A DNA stretch of 64,000 nucleotides from Catajapyx aquilonaris (lineage: Eukaryota): contig KZ538129.1 of NCBI GenBank assembly GCA_000934665.2, forward strand, positions 62,001 through 126,000, given 5' to 3'. Made by a program: the position numbers and the translations under genes. Shown one piece after another: positions 47,501-60,060 of the stretch. Each line of letters starts with the position of its first letter. The stretch's first letter is position 1. The notes below the pieces were generated by a model. That model did no database searches. It was not told where the DNA came from and saw only the letters and a list, made by a program, of their open reading frames with translations.

Positions 47501-50500
47501 CCATCAGGGAGCATAAAACACGCAGCTCGCCTGGATAAAAGGGGGGAGTGCCGAAGAGAGTTTCTGGGGAGGGGTCAGAAGAACCGATTCAATAAGATTT
47601 AATCCCTCTTCCTCTTAGGATTTATCCCCCCCACCACTTATTGCATGCGGGAGGGGAAAAAAAATCCAACTCCAAAAGGTAGGCCTTCCCAGTTTTGATG
47701 TTCGCCATTGTAGGGCACATCAGCTTAGACCTCCCAGGGCATTACGTTGATCCATTCTCAGGATTAAGATTATTTTTTCTGATTCATTTCAGTTTAGTGT
47801 TATGTTTTGGGGGTTGGGGGGTTTCAGGTCGAACCCGTGCTTTAAATTTTAATAGTGTGGTTGGGGTTGAATCATGAAGTGATAAATTTAAAATAATTTT
47901 ATTCGGTTGCTAAAGAGACAGAAGAGTTTGTTTGTAATTGTCTTCAGCCGGAAAATGGTTACTGGAAGTTGTGCAATAGTTTTTCGCACCTTTTTGACTA
48001 ACTATTCAGGGTTGAACCATTAATTACAAGGGAAATGGGCATTTCTGGACGTAAAGACTTGATGACACGTGGAAAGCTGGTAAATAAAGAGCTAGAACAA
48101 GGCCTTGAGGATGAGTAATGGCCGCATTGGTCTCCGGCAGAATCTGTAAAAGTGGACTGGGGCCGAGATAAATGGGGAGAGAGGCCAGTGCAGAATATCC
48201 TGGATCCCAGATGGCAAGACCCAAGTGTCTGTTCCAGTTGAGTCGGACATTGTTGTTGCTCCGGGCCGGCCATTGTTCCGGTCGTGTCCATCGACCAATT
48301 TGGGCCTGCAAGTCGTGTCTGCGAATTCCGATATCCCTGGGACCACCGCACAATCAAACCGGGCGTAGTAATGGAACAATTGAACGGGACAAATCAGAGT
48401 GTAATTTTAGCATTTCCACCTCAATGGGCTGAAAGGGGCCATGTTGCACTTATGCGCACACGTACCCAAAGTAGCCATTGTTCACTCGGAACCGACATGG
48501 GATTCAATGTATTTTCGCACACCATGGCGAAATAGCATCAGGATGTTTCCAGTCACCTGGGACGCCCCGGAATTTTATCCTATGTGTGTTTCCCTGAAAA
48601 TGACCTTATCACATTTCCGACCAGTGATGCGAACGTACAGGTAGGCGCTACCGGAGCGATGATCAGACGACCCCCCACCTGACCGCGGGAGGCTGGGTAT
48701 CCCGCCCGTACATGATCCTCGTGCTCTTGCAAAAGGGGGGCAATTGACTTGTCATGGGGAAGTGATAGAGCCCGTGGGTGGCTGGCGGGAATGGGATCAC
48801 CCTGCTGCCCACCCCATGTGTCATTATTTTTATCCCGTGTCTTTTGTCTTGGCTGACGGCTCCGGCGCACCCCCGCCACTCTCGCCCTCTGCAGCATCAC
48901 GCCGAGACATCTGGCGGCCTCTCCTCTCAGCTCCGGAAGTCAGTTACCCCCCACCCACCCCTCCTCTCCATACCCATATCTTGTCAGATGGGCACCCCCG
49001 ATTAGCGCTTCCCCCCGGTGGGAAAACTGTCTGCAGATAGTGGGGGGAGGGAAAAAGGCTGCCATTTTCGATCCAAATCGCCCTTCTGCCATTTTGAATG
49101 TCAACGCGATTTTTGCGTCCGGGCTAATAGATTTGATATTGACAACATGGCAGCCATCTTATCTCTTTTCCTGTCGACCCAGGCGGGGTTTATGTGCCTG
49201 GGATTTTCTACATGCAGCTCCAAGCCACATGCACCTACAGTATGTAGTTTGACCCCCCGTGGAGGTGGTCCGGGGCCGAGAACGAGCCCGATAAGGGCCA
49301 GCAGGGGGCCTCATGTTACACGGGGACCTCCCGTGGCCTCCCAACTGCATTCCGCTGCCACACCAAAAGAGAGGCGCTGCCCCCCAAGCCCACCTACCTT
49401 TTTCCCCTCACAACCACCCCCCACAGAAACTTCTTTCAAATTTGGCCAGGCGGGGGCCACCGCGGCCTAACGAGGTCAAACACCGCCAGAAATGGGATAG
49501 CACACAGAAGGTTTTCAAAAAAATTAAGTCGCATCTAAGGGTTTAATATCCATCAAAAAGTTTGTACAAAATTAATTGCACGGTGTGCTCAGCGGGGTTT
49601 TTGCGCGGCATATTTTATGTTCCCAAGTTTGGTAGGCCTACATGTTGGCAAGGGTAGAAAAAATAGGACAAGAGATGATGGCCATTGAGATGCGGCTCAC
49701 GTAGCGGCAAATCAGGCGGCGCTGTCTTCCTTCTGGCCATGCATACGCCGCCATCATTTCTGGATGAAGGCAAAAGGGGGCCTTCGTTGCGTATGCCCAA
49801 GCACCAACCTCAACTCGCATGTGTTATTGTGAGATAGCGGGCTCTGCATCTGGTTGCCCCATCACGTATCATGTTGGAGGGCAACTCTTAGATGCGGTCT
49901 GATTTTGGCTGGAGGAAACTTCTGTTCCAGTAATTGTTGCACTTTGCCCCCAAGTTGGTGTTATAAGTCATGTCAAATATATCAGTGGCGCAGTTGTAGC
50001 CTGGGGGCCACGCCCTGCGCGACCTCGCTGCTAATTATCCACTGACATCTGTACGCGCGGGGGCTGTTTACTTATCGGAAATTTGCTCAATATTTGCAAG
50101 GGCGCAAGTTGGGCCGGGGCTGGAGGGGGTGCGCTCGGATACTACAGCTCCCTGGGTCACCATTATTGGGCCATAACGGGCGCCCTCGGGGTCACCGCCC
50201 AGCTTGAGCCAGGCAAGTGGCGCTCCTCCACTGAAACCCGTACTATCCTGGTGTAGTAGTAGTCGTAATTCCATTTGGGCCCGTATTCACCATCATCTCC
50301 TGTTAATTATGCTCAGCAGTTGGACCGGAACCTGACTCAGAAGCCTCCTAACAGGATCCCCGCATTGTAGCAGATCCTACCCCCATCCTCAATTGTGGAA
50401 GTGTCGGAGCGAGCCTGGTAATTGAACTTGCACAAATTGAATCCATTGTGCAAATGGCTGCCGTCCCCCCTTCCCCGCCATCCCTCCGTCATCTCTGGAA

Positions 50501-50708
50501 AGAAACTAAGCATTAAAATTCAGACCCTCCCCGGTTTCCCTACGCCACGGCCGGTACCTACAGGGGTTGACATTGTAATTAGGAAATGGAGCTGTTTGCC
50601 CAAGTAGGCCTGGTCCCGCGGTGCTTGAATTTCCGTACAATCGGATTAAAGCATTAGGCTGTTGCTTGAGGGTTTTTGGTTAGGGGGAAAAGAGGGGGAC
50701 TGCGCAGA

Positions 50709-50727
50709 TTTTTTTTTGCAGGTGAGC
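50709..50727 (+). promoter_or_regulatory. candidate recursive splice site RS4, AG|GT at 50721/50722
   Basis: T9 tract then gcag|gtgagc, near the middle of the 24-kb intron 39619-63639. The tract is short and another AG lies just upstream. Confidence 0.5.
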
Positions 50728-53700
50728 ACATATGTGCTGGGTTGGAATGAAAGGGAGTACTCGAGAGAGAGGGACGTAATGGCGCCTGGCGCTCTGGACA
50801 GCGCCCTCTCGCGCCATTGCCCTTTCCTTTTCCGCTTCCGGACAAGGCAGAGTAAGGAAGGAAAGCTCGGTTGCCCGCCGTGGATCCGGCATACAACTTG
50901 TTCCGAACCAGAGCACCCCCCCACAGCAGGACTATACAATAGACGCTCACATCATTTGGCTCACTGACAAATTGCGTGGATGTTCGTCGGCTGATGGAAG
51001 GCGGCTACAAGACTTGAGAGAAGCCTGGGTTGAGGCTAGTGACCGTGCACCTTTTTCCCACCAGCCGAAGAAGAGTGGTGCAGTGCAGCAAAGGCATATC
51101 AAAAGAAGCGAGGCGTTATCGCGTTTGGATCCGTGAAAATGAAGTTGTGGTCCCTCGTTCTGTGGCGAGGGCCCCGCAGCGGCCTATAAATCTCCGCTGT
51201 TGACAACGATGAAAAATGAATTGTTAGAAAGAGCCGCGGCTGGGACCTCGTCACCTCCCCGAATCCAGGCTTTTGGTCTCCTCGGGGACTTCCGGCCTGA
51301 GATGGCCATTGTCGCCTGCATGCTCTGGAGCCTTGTATTAGACTATATCGCCCAGGTTCTCTCTCTCTCTCTCTCCCATCCCATTCTTTTCCCTTCTCCA
51401 TTTTTCCCCCATCCTCCTCCCCGCTGCGCAAATTCCAAACGATTTTTACCCACCCAATTACCGGGCATCTTGATGAGATGAGGGGTCGGGAAAGAAGTTT
51501 CGCAGCCAATTTTAATCTTTTCCCGGGGAGATGGCGCCCCTACCTAATGCCATACAGGGTGAGGCCAAATGTTCGCCACAGGCAGCCTACCAATTACACG
51601 GCTACAGATCAAAATTCGGAATATGCGCAGAGGACCGCTGAAGATGTTTTCCTCCAGCCCTTCATTTGAATGCCGCGGGGCTGCCGACTGTTCCGCCTGA
51701 CAGAGCCCATTAGGAGCAGCGCCCAGATTACACCGCCGGAATTACTTGCTCGCCTTTTCAGACTGGGTCGCTCATACTGCCGACAAGTCGTCATTTCCTT
51801 CACCTCTTCAGGAGACATCCTGCGAAACACTCAGTTGCCATACACTGAGCAAGAGCCATACCTTCCAATTCCTGAAGAGTTATACGCATCAAGCCGTCAC
51901 ATTCTGGAGGCATCCATGCGGGAGGAAGGAAGAGACAAGTGTCGGGATATGAGTGTCTCTGGCTAGCGAGGGATTCTATAGCCCTGGCAGGCAGCGAGCA
52001 GATCGGATCCGGGCGCAGGAGATTGTATTCCCTAGGAGCGGGCGGGCCCGGAGAATTGCACTGTCAGGCCGTGATGAATTCGGCCCCCGCGCGCTTCCAT
52101 CCCGAATCCATCAAATTTGCTCGTAATCTCCTCCACTGGCATTAAGGCGGGCAAGCAGCAGACGAGAAGGAGGAAGAGGCGCTCCAGCCAATAGGGAAGG
52201 CCCGGATCACGTGGTGAAAATGGCGCCCGTTTCAAAATAATCGACAACGAAGTCTGCAGTTTGGAAGGCGGGGGCGAGAATTACAGTGCGAAAATCTTTT
52301 GTTTTTGCTTCTTGGCGCTGGCAAACGGGGAAAGTTTAATTAAAGTTTTCCCCGACATTGTATGGAAACATCTTGGCTGCCGGTGAAGGAGGAAGGGCCC
52401 TCTCTCGTTTGCTTGATGACTCCTCCGACTCGAAAACAAGACGGGAAGTAGTTAAGGGTAGTTAAGACTATGGGGCGCTCTCGGGGCGCCCTCTTCCATT
52501 CTATTCAGGCGAAAGTGAAAGGAATCGGGAATTGAAAGGAGAAAGAAAAGGACGAATCAGGAAATCTTGGTGGGTGCTTAATGGGATGTTATAGCGGAAG
52601 GAAACTTCAGTCATCTTAACCCCCGGGAGGGGAGAAAATATCAAAAACGTAAGGCTTTAATTAGAAGCTTTCTCTTTTTTGGCGAACAATGGCCCCCGCA
52701 AGTGCCTCAAGTTCCTCGGATTATGGCGCGCAGTTCAAACCATAAAAGCCTTGATGTACATTAGCGTTGATATCAAAGTAGGAGGCAGCAACACGAAGGC
52801 GAATTCCCCCTTCTCTGGTCTCCCCCCTTGGCCCGTGACAGCGTGATTCATGCTCCCCCCCTGTGACAAATCGCGCTTGTCACTGCAGCCAGGGGGCAGG
52901 CTGCGATGGGGAAGCGGGGAGGGAGGGAGGTAAGGGATCCACAAGAAGACGCGGCCTAGGGCTTTCAGGGGGATGGAAGGAAGTTGCACCAATTTGTCCA
53001 TTTCACTCCAAAAGGAAAAGGAGAGCGAGAAAAAAACCTCTCGGTTGTTTTCCTCCTTGGTTCTATGAACTATTTACATATAGACTAATATTACGTCACA
53101 TACGGGGAGCTACTTGCGCATGCAAAGGCTGACCCCAGTCCGAGTTTGATTTCTGGATGGAATGGCATCGGAGGGGAAATGGGGTTTGCAGGAGCCAGTG
53201 GTACGTATCTTCCTCTTTGGTGGTACGGCAAGCTCCATCGTGGCAGCTCAACCCAGGGCCCTCGCGTCATTAGGCGCCGTAATGTTCCGGGCCTCATCTG
53301 GCCGCCTTCACAGCTCATTGCTCACCCGCGAATGAACGGGGTTTGCACCCACGGGGAAGGCCTGCCCTTTTTCCCGGGTTGCCACACTTTCTTGTTATTC
53401 CAGGGTTGGTCAATACCCATGGTGAACTAGCTCAAGTTGATATAAAGCCAATGTTTTTTTTCGGGCTTCGTCTCAGTTGCGATACGATTGGGAAAGATGC
53501 AGCCGAGTAGAAAACACCGATGGACTTTGCTCCTGTGGGAGATCCTGGAACGTTCGTTCTGGAAAAAAAGGTTGTCTTCCACACATGACGTCATTGTGTT
53601 CGGCGTGCCAGACACATTTTTACCAGCGTAGATCAGTGATGATGAGGAATTCCAGCTTGGCTTTTCCCCCCTACCTGTTGGATGGCAATGTTCCTCGAAG

Positions 53701-56700
53701 GTCATTTACGTCGTTGCCCCTCCTCTTTGCGTTGATTTACACGTCCGTTGGTGAAGAGGCGGCAGGAGAGAGAGGCCAGCTAGCGGGCAGGTGGGAATAG
53801 GTAAAAAATAAAAGACCTAAAAAAGAAACGATGGAGGAGGAGGAGGAGGATAGGAGGTCCATCAACGTGCGCGAAGCACATGGCCCCCCGCTGGTGCCAG
53901 AAGAAGCCCCCCCTGATTAAAGGACGGTGGCCGTCCCCCCGGGCCTAGACACCAAAGCCCCCTGCTGCTTGCCCCAAATGGACTTTTGCCTGCCAAAGGC
54001 CCTCCCGAAACAACTTGGGCAATTCTTTCAAAACAAAAAAATAAGAGTGGTTCATAAGGATTGGAAGCCATCAAATGGCGCTCGATTTTTTTTTGATTTT
54101 TTTTTGGGTTGGAACCGGGCTTATATTCTGCAAATAACCTCTCCTGTAAGCAGCAGGAAAAATAAATAAGAGCGAGAGGCTACACGCGCTCTATTCCAAA
54201 TGGCCTGTGTGTTGTTCTTGTCCACGTGCCAAGCGCCAATGTTTCCTTCTTCATCCCTCGCGCGACCCCTCCTGCTTTTCTAATATCTATTTTCTGACTC
54301 GAAAAATCACTGAATAAATATTGCCTAGGAATTTGATCCGAAGGCAGATTCCCCATAATCCGCGACCTTAATGCGGGAATCCGGGCAGCCGAATGGCGCG
54401 GAATTCCGATCGGAGGAGGTGCTTCTGGATGGGAGACGGCAGCGCGACACGGATTTGGAGACATGCCATCACTAGGGTGCTCTTCACAAATTGAAGGTGT
54501 TGGGGGAGAGTGACTGTATATATATACCTGATGTTGTCACTCTTGAATACGGTATGGCCTGAGGGGAGAGAGGGTCATTTTGAATCGAGCAACCAAATCC
54601 GTTGTTGGTACACGGAGTCGAAAGAGGGGATGGAAATGAGAGAGGGCGAGACATAATGCCGGAAGGAAAGAGGCTGATGGACGAGGGAGTCTGATGCTGA
54701 GGAGAAATGTTCCATCCCCGGGAATACGGGGTCCTAATCGCTGGTGAGTGAGCACACCCTCCTCCCATGTAGGGCCAACCAAGCCTCTATTTTACTAATG
54801 ATCAATGCGTGACGCATCCATCCTCTCTTTTGTGGCGGGAAGTGTCCCACCAGCCCATTGTTTCTAATCATCTCCAGCACCCCTTTTGTTGCTGCTTCCA
54901 ACTCTTTCCATGTCAATTTATTTACCTTGTTTCGCTTTCCACGCATCAGATCGGAATGGCGTTCATCATCCCCCCTCCCCCCCCCCCCGACCCCATCCGA
55001 CTGTTCTATACAATCGGCACCAAGGGACCACTTCTTCTGGAATTGTGTCGGGCTGCACTGTTTGTGATCAGTCGTGGAGTAGCTTGGGTGGAGGCTATGG
55101 GGGTCCATCTGTACCTGACACTGCATACACTTAGTCCTTCCGTGCTCGTCCATGGAAATTCCTGGATGCGACTGACTCGTGAGCTGGTATGATATTCCAC
55201 ACCCTTGTTTTTCTCGAGACTTGCCCTTGACCAGCACGTCGGTTGTTGTGAAAAGCGCGTCGAATTGGAGGAAGAGGGGTCTGGATCCGTCCGGAATCTG
55301 ATTCCGGAGAGGAATGGGTTTGCACGCCCCGAAGGGAAACGTGGTGCGGCCATGTTGGGGAGGAGGAACTGAGAGGAGTCATAAAGCTTGGCATTGTATT
55401 CGGGAGACTGCAATTAAAAGCCAGCAACTGTGAAAATTAATGGAGCGATGCTTTTAAGACGTAATTGGAGGCATTCATAACCCCGGCGCGTGTATTGTAG
55501 GGGTGACGTAACCCGGGTCAGGTCCTGCTGTAGCCTGGCGGATGGCTTAACGAGTCGCAAGGTTACTGGGGGAGATATGCGGATTCCGGCACATACTCAC
55601 CCACGCACGGCCTTGTCAAGGCTGCCACTTTTGCGCATTTGATCCGTAACCAGATATTTGCTTGCCCCCCAACCCTTTCATTACACCCCCCCCCCCCCCT
55701 AGGCTGGGGGAAGGATAATCCGAGCTAATGATTACTCACCCGATTTACCCCTCATGGACGGTTTGTCTTACAACCGGAGGCCAATCACATTACGGTCCCC
55801 CGCAAGAAAAGCACATCGATATTGTCACAATCATGAATTTTTGAGCAGCTCGACAGATGGCGATCCGAATTCGCTGGCTCCATCTGTCCGAAGCGCTGGC
55901 TAGTTATCCGGCCGTCTCAGATTGCGTCTTGTTATGGTGTCCCCCCCTCCTTGGCCAGCACAGATTGTTAGCCTGGAGAGCATGATGAATCCCCCGGCGG
56001 CCCAACAGTAGGGGGAAGCTGGCGCTAATGAGCAATCGGAGCAGCCTTGGTTAATCCCAGCGCGCCAGAAGATGAGGACCATCACCCAGGCTTGGAGATA
56101 TGCGGGAAGGACACGCCATTTTTTTTCGCACCTCCCTCAGGGGGTTGATATTGAAACCTGACGAATGAAGAAATGCCTTTTTCTAGGCGTAATTGCGCCG
56201 GTTGAGGGATAATGATCGGCTCGCATATCGCGTTTCAGGGCCTGAATTGATTAACGCCATCGAAAGGTCTGTTTTGTGCATTAGCACCAGGCCGGCTTGC
56301 TAGCGTAGCATGGTCACGATAATTCTTTTTTGCAAGTGTAAGCCGCCTTGATTGTTATGACAGTTTGAAGGGTAGAAAAGTAGCATCCAGTTTCACTCCT
56401 TGGCCCGCACCGCTAAGAAAAAGGAAAAGCAGGGTGCTGAACAGCTGCGTGGTTTCGCAACGTAAACGTGCGGGTGGTCCCTGGCATTTGGACACCGTCG
56501 CACCAATTCAATTAAATGTTACTCCGCCAACACCTGCTCTAGTTAAATTTTGCCTTCTGAGGCGCAGTCATTACCGATTCGAAACAGATATAGCCCTAAC
56601 CCCACCAACAGTGCATAAAACAGTCGGTTCACACTTCCAACCGGCTGGGGGCACCCCCAAAGAAGAGGAGAAAAACCCTCCTGTCATTGTCCCCATTAAA

Positions 56701-59700
56701 CTCATCGACGGCGACCCAGCAGGACAGCGCTACCTGGCAAAAGGGAGAAGCCCCGCCAGTACTTATCTGACCTTAATGGCTCTATTTTCAAGCCTGGCTG
56801 TTTCATTACCGGGGGGTAGGCAGGGGGTTTCATTCGAGTTGGCAAATTCTGCCAGTCTCTCGGTGGCGACTTGACACGCTGCAGCTAATTGTTAATGGAA
56901 GGGCTGCGCGGTAAATCAACTCGGGGGCCAGGTTTCCTGCCGAGAAATTTACGGCCGCCTGGCCCGGAGAATCCGTAATGGTCACCTGAATGGCGGCCCA
57001 CCCTATCCACCCACCAGGCTCAGGATAACAATGTAATACGTGAGGGGAAGATGCACAACTCCTCCAGCATTTCTATAGTCGAGATAGTAGAGTGTAATGG
57101 CGGGGTTGGGCTGGAATGGGGTCAGCCAGGGGGCCAGATTTGGCGCGCTTGGCGTCCCCTGGTTGCCATGCCAACCGAAGGGGGTGGTCTAATGGGCAGT
57201 TAGGATCTGGAGGGGGTGGTGGTGGACATCAGAGGCTCCTCCTTATCTGCAGGGTTCAATCCGACGGGTATGTTCCGAGCTAGATGTGCGTCGGCGTGTA
57301 GAGGTCATGCCCAGGGTATTGATTTCTCAAGGAGAGGAATGACAAAGAGGCAATTTAAATCATAGGCGAATCCCCCTGTGAGCGCGTCTCCGATCGAAAG
57401 TTCGCCATTAGGAGAGACATGTCTGCTTTCGTTCCCGACTTCTCCACCTCCCCGCCAGATTGCTCTTTGTGACGTGCCGGGCCTAGAGACGGCCCCAAAA
57501 TGACCATTCTTCTTACGTCTGCCATCTCCCCCCCTTTTTTTCCAATTGCCATCCGTCCTCGCGACAATACTTGGACCTTTGCGCTATTCATCACTGCGTC
57601 GCAACAATATCATTTTCGTGGGGCCCCCGAATGGTAATGGATGCTCCCGGAAACCCAGCAAATCCGGAGGACACGGAGGCCGCACTTGAGACAGCCGTAT
57701 AATGCGGGGCAATGCCGTGTGGTGGGCGGCGAAGAGGCCTTTTGGGAGGATTTACCCCCGGATTGGCGGATCCGGGCTTGCGGAAGGAAGCCTCGATGCT
57801 TTTAGGGGTTTCCGAAGACAAGCGCATTGTCACCTTTGGCCAGCCCCTAGCTTCCAACTGCAAATCCCTTCCGAGTTTTGAGTGGATGAGCGGTTGCCTC
57901 CACCTAATTTTCAACACTGGTGGTCCACCCTTGATTTATGCTGTATGCCGCCACCTATGGAGTGCGTGCCAGACTACTGTAAGAAAAAAACTATAAATTT
58001 CAACTGGGTGATGTTACATCTTCAGAACGAACAAAAAAAAATGTAGACAATATCTTCCCCCAGCCATTCCTGCACCCTTGCCCTCTGCCGCCTTGTTATG
58101 AGAGTGACCTCTTCACACGTGCGCCGTCATAATGAAGTGAGGCGCCAATTGGAGCGGGGCAACAGCTGGCTCTTATGGCTCCATGATGGCAGCAGCAGTT
58201 GGCGCCATATAGCGCCTCCCCCTCCCTCCATTCTCTTCATTCTCGCCCTCGCCTTTTCTATGCCGAGCTCTCAGGCTTCCATTCCGCTGATATGTTGCCA
58301 CCTCCATCTGGCACCCAGGCTTTCATATCGTCTCAAGGGCCAGAAAAAGCCCCATTTTGGAAGCGGGGAAAACGCCAGGCGCCACACACCTATGAGGCTC
58401 GTCTCTCACCCAGAGAAAATTTCAACGCCAGCAATTAACCTCCAGGAAAGTTCAAGATGGATGCTGGCAATCTGAGTCTAATAGCTGCAAGGTCTTCTGA
58501 CACGTGGTGGGCGACACGGCCCTGACCGTGATTAGCAGCGTTTACAGTTTTTTGCGCTGTTACGTCCTCAATATGTCAAAATTGACAGGCGCCATGCCTA
58601 TACAAGGCTAAGGAGAAAATAACGCCATTGGGTTTTTAGAACCCGTCGAATGATAGATCTATTTCCTGTGCCGCCATTTTGTGTAATTAATATGCAGGGG
58701 GCTCCCAAGACATTAGAGCCGAGGCTAATGACTTGGCAGAGGCTGGGTGGGGGTTGCCCCCGAGTCAGCCCCCCAACTCTTCCGTCCCCCTTCATGTCGC
58801 CTTCCTTCTCTCCACCTTCTGCGCTTCATGGAGTGGAAATGGCATTATGGGAGATCGAAAGGGTTAAACGTGCAATAATGAGAACTAGAGGGGAGGCTCT
58901 TGCTGGCGCAGGAAATATTTCATTGGAAGGGGTGGAGTTTGTGATTCGACACGTGGAGTGATCGATCACCAAGTTCAAATCGCGCGCCAGTGATCGCAGC
59001 GCCATCATGTTGTTGAATAAAAAATTTGGGGGTCGTTGTCGTGCAAGAGCCGGATGTCCCCTTTCGTGGGCGAATGACTTCGATCGCCGCCTTCTTGTGC
59101 ATGTTCAGGGGATTAAGACGTTTTCCGGGAACTGGGAATTGACTCTGTTGCTATAGAGGGCGGCATATGACATACACTAGAATGACCCATCAGAGCGTGG
59201 TATTTTGTTCCCAACCCCATCCGACACTTGCTTCCATACGCACACACAAGCCCCTTTTCATGAGAAATTTCACAGTGGAATGAATCCGAGAGGGATCCAG
59301 GGCGGCGATAAGCTCTTACTTTTGCCTCTCTACCATTCATCACAAGAGGGTTTGCTGGAGGAAGCATCTGCAAATGCCTCCACATTTATGTGACCAGATA
59401 ATGATGGCGCATCTTGATAAGCCTGGCTTTAAGGAGGGTTCAAAGGCAGAACCATTGAGTGGCAACAATGCGTGCAATTTCCAGCTCGCTTGGGACTTGA
59501 GACGGCAATTCAATATCATCTCCATCGTGGATGATGCGGAGTGACAGCCTCCATTTTTATTAATATTTGTGGAGAAACATAGGTGCGAATTCACCGTTAG
59601 GTGGTGTAGCGGTATGAAAGCTTTAAAATGGCGCAGCTGCACGTTCCGTTATGCATCCAATTCCTCAAAGGAGATCGATAAGTGATGTTGGCGGCACATT

Positions 59701-60003
59701 GATGGGAATTTTATGGAGGGAGAGTGTGAGATGGGACGTGGAGATAGTCCCTGGTGTCCTCTTTACCCCATTCGGGGAATGACAGCTCCCCGCCAGTTTT
59801 TCATAAAAATTGGAAATTGGCCAGGATGCGATGGGAAGGGGAAGTTGTTGGCTCGGAGGAATAAGCAGGAAGAAGGAATGAGGAGACACTGCTGTTCCCA
59901 CCCCTCCAACGCCCCACAAAAGGGATTCTTGGAGACACATCTCCCTGGAGTCATTGTGCAAGAGTGCTCCCTTTTAAGCGAATTTGACTTAAGTCTCTGT
60001 AGA

Positions 60004-60060
60004 GCGACATCTAGTGGGAGCGTCTCTAACTCCAGTCAGATATGAGTGCCATCTAGCGGC
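60004..60060 (-). promoter_or_regulatory. tandem pair of CTCF-like motifs (CCACTAGATGTCGC, CCGCTAGATGGCAC)
   Basis: Two same-orientation motifs 42 bp apart, at 60004-60017 and 60046-60059; motif only. Confidence 0.5.
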
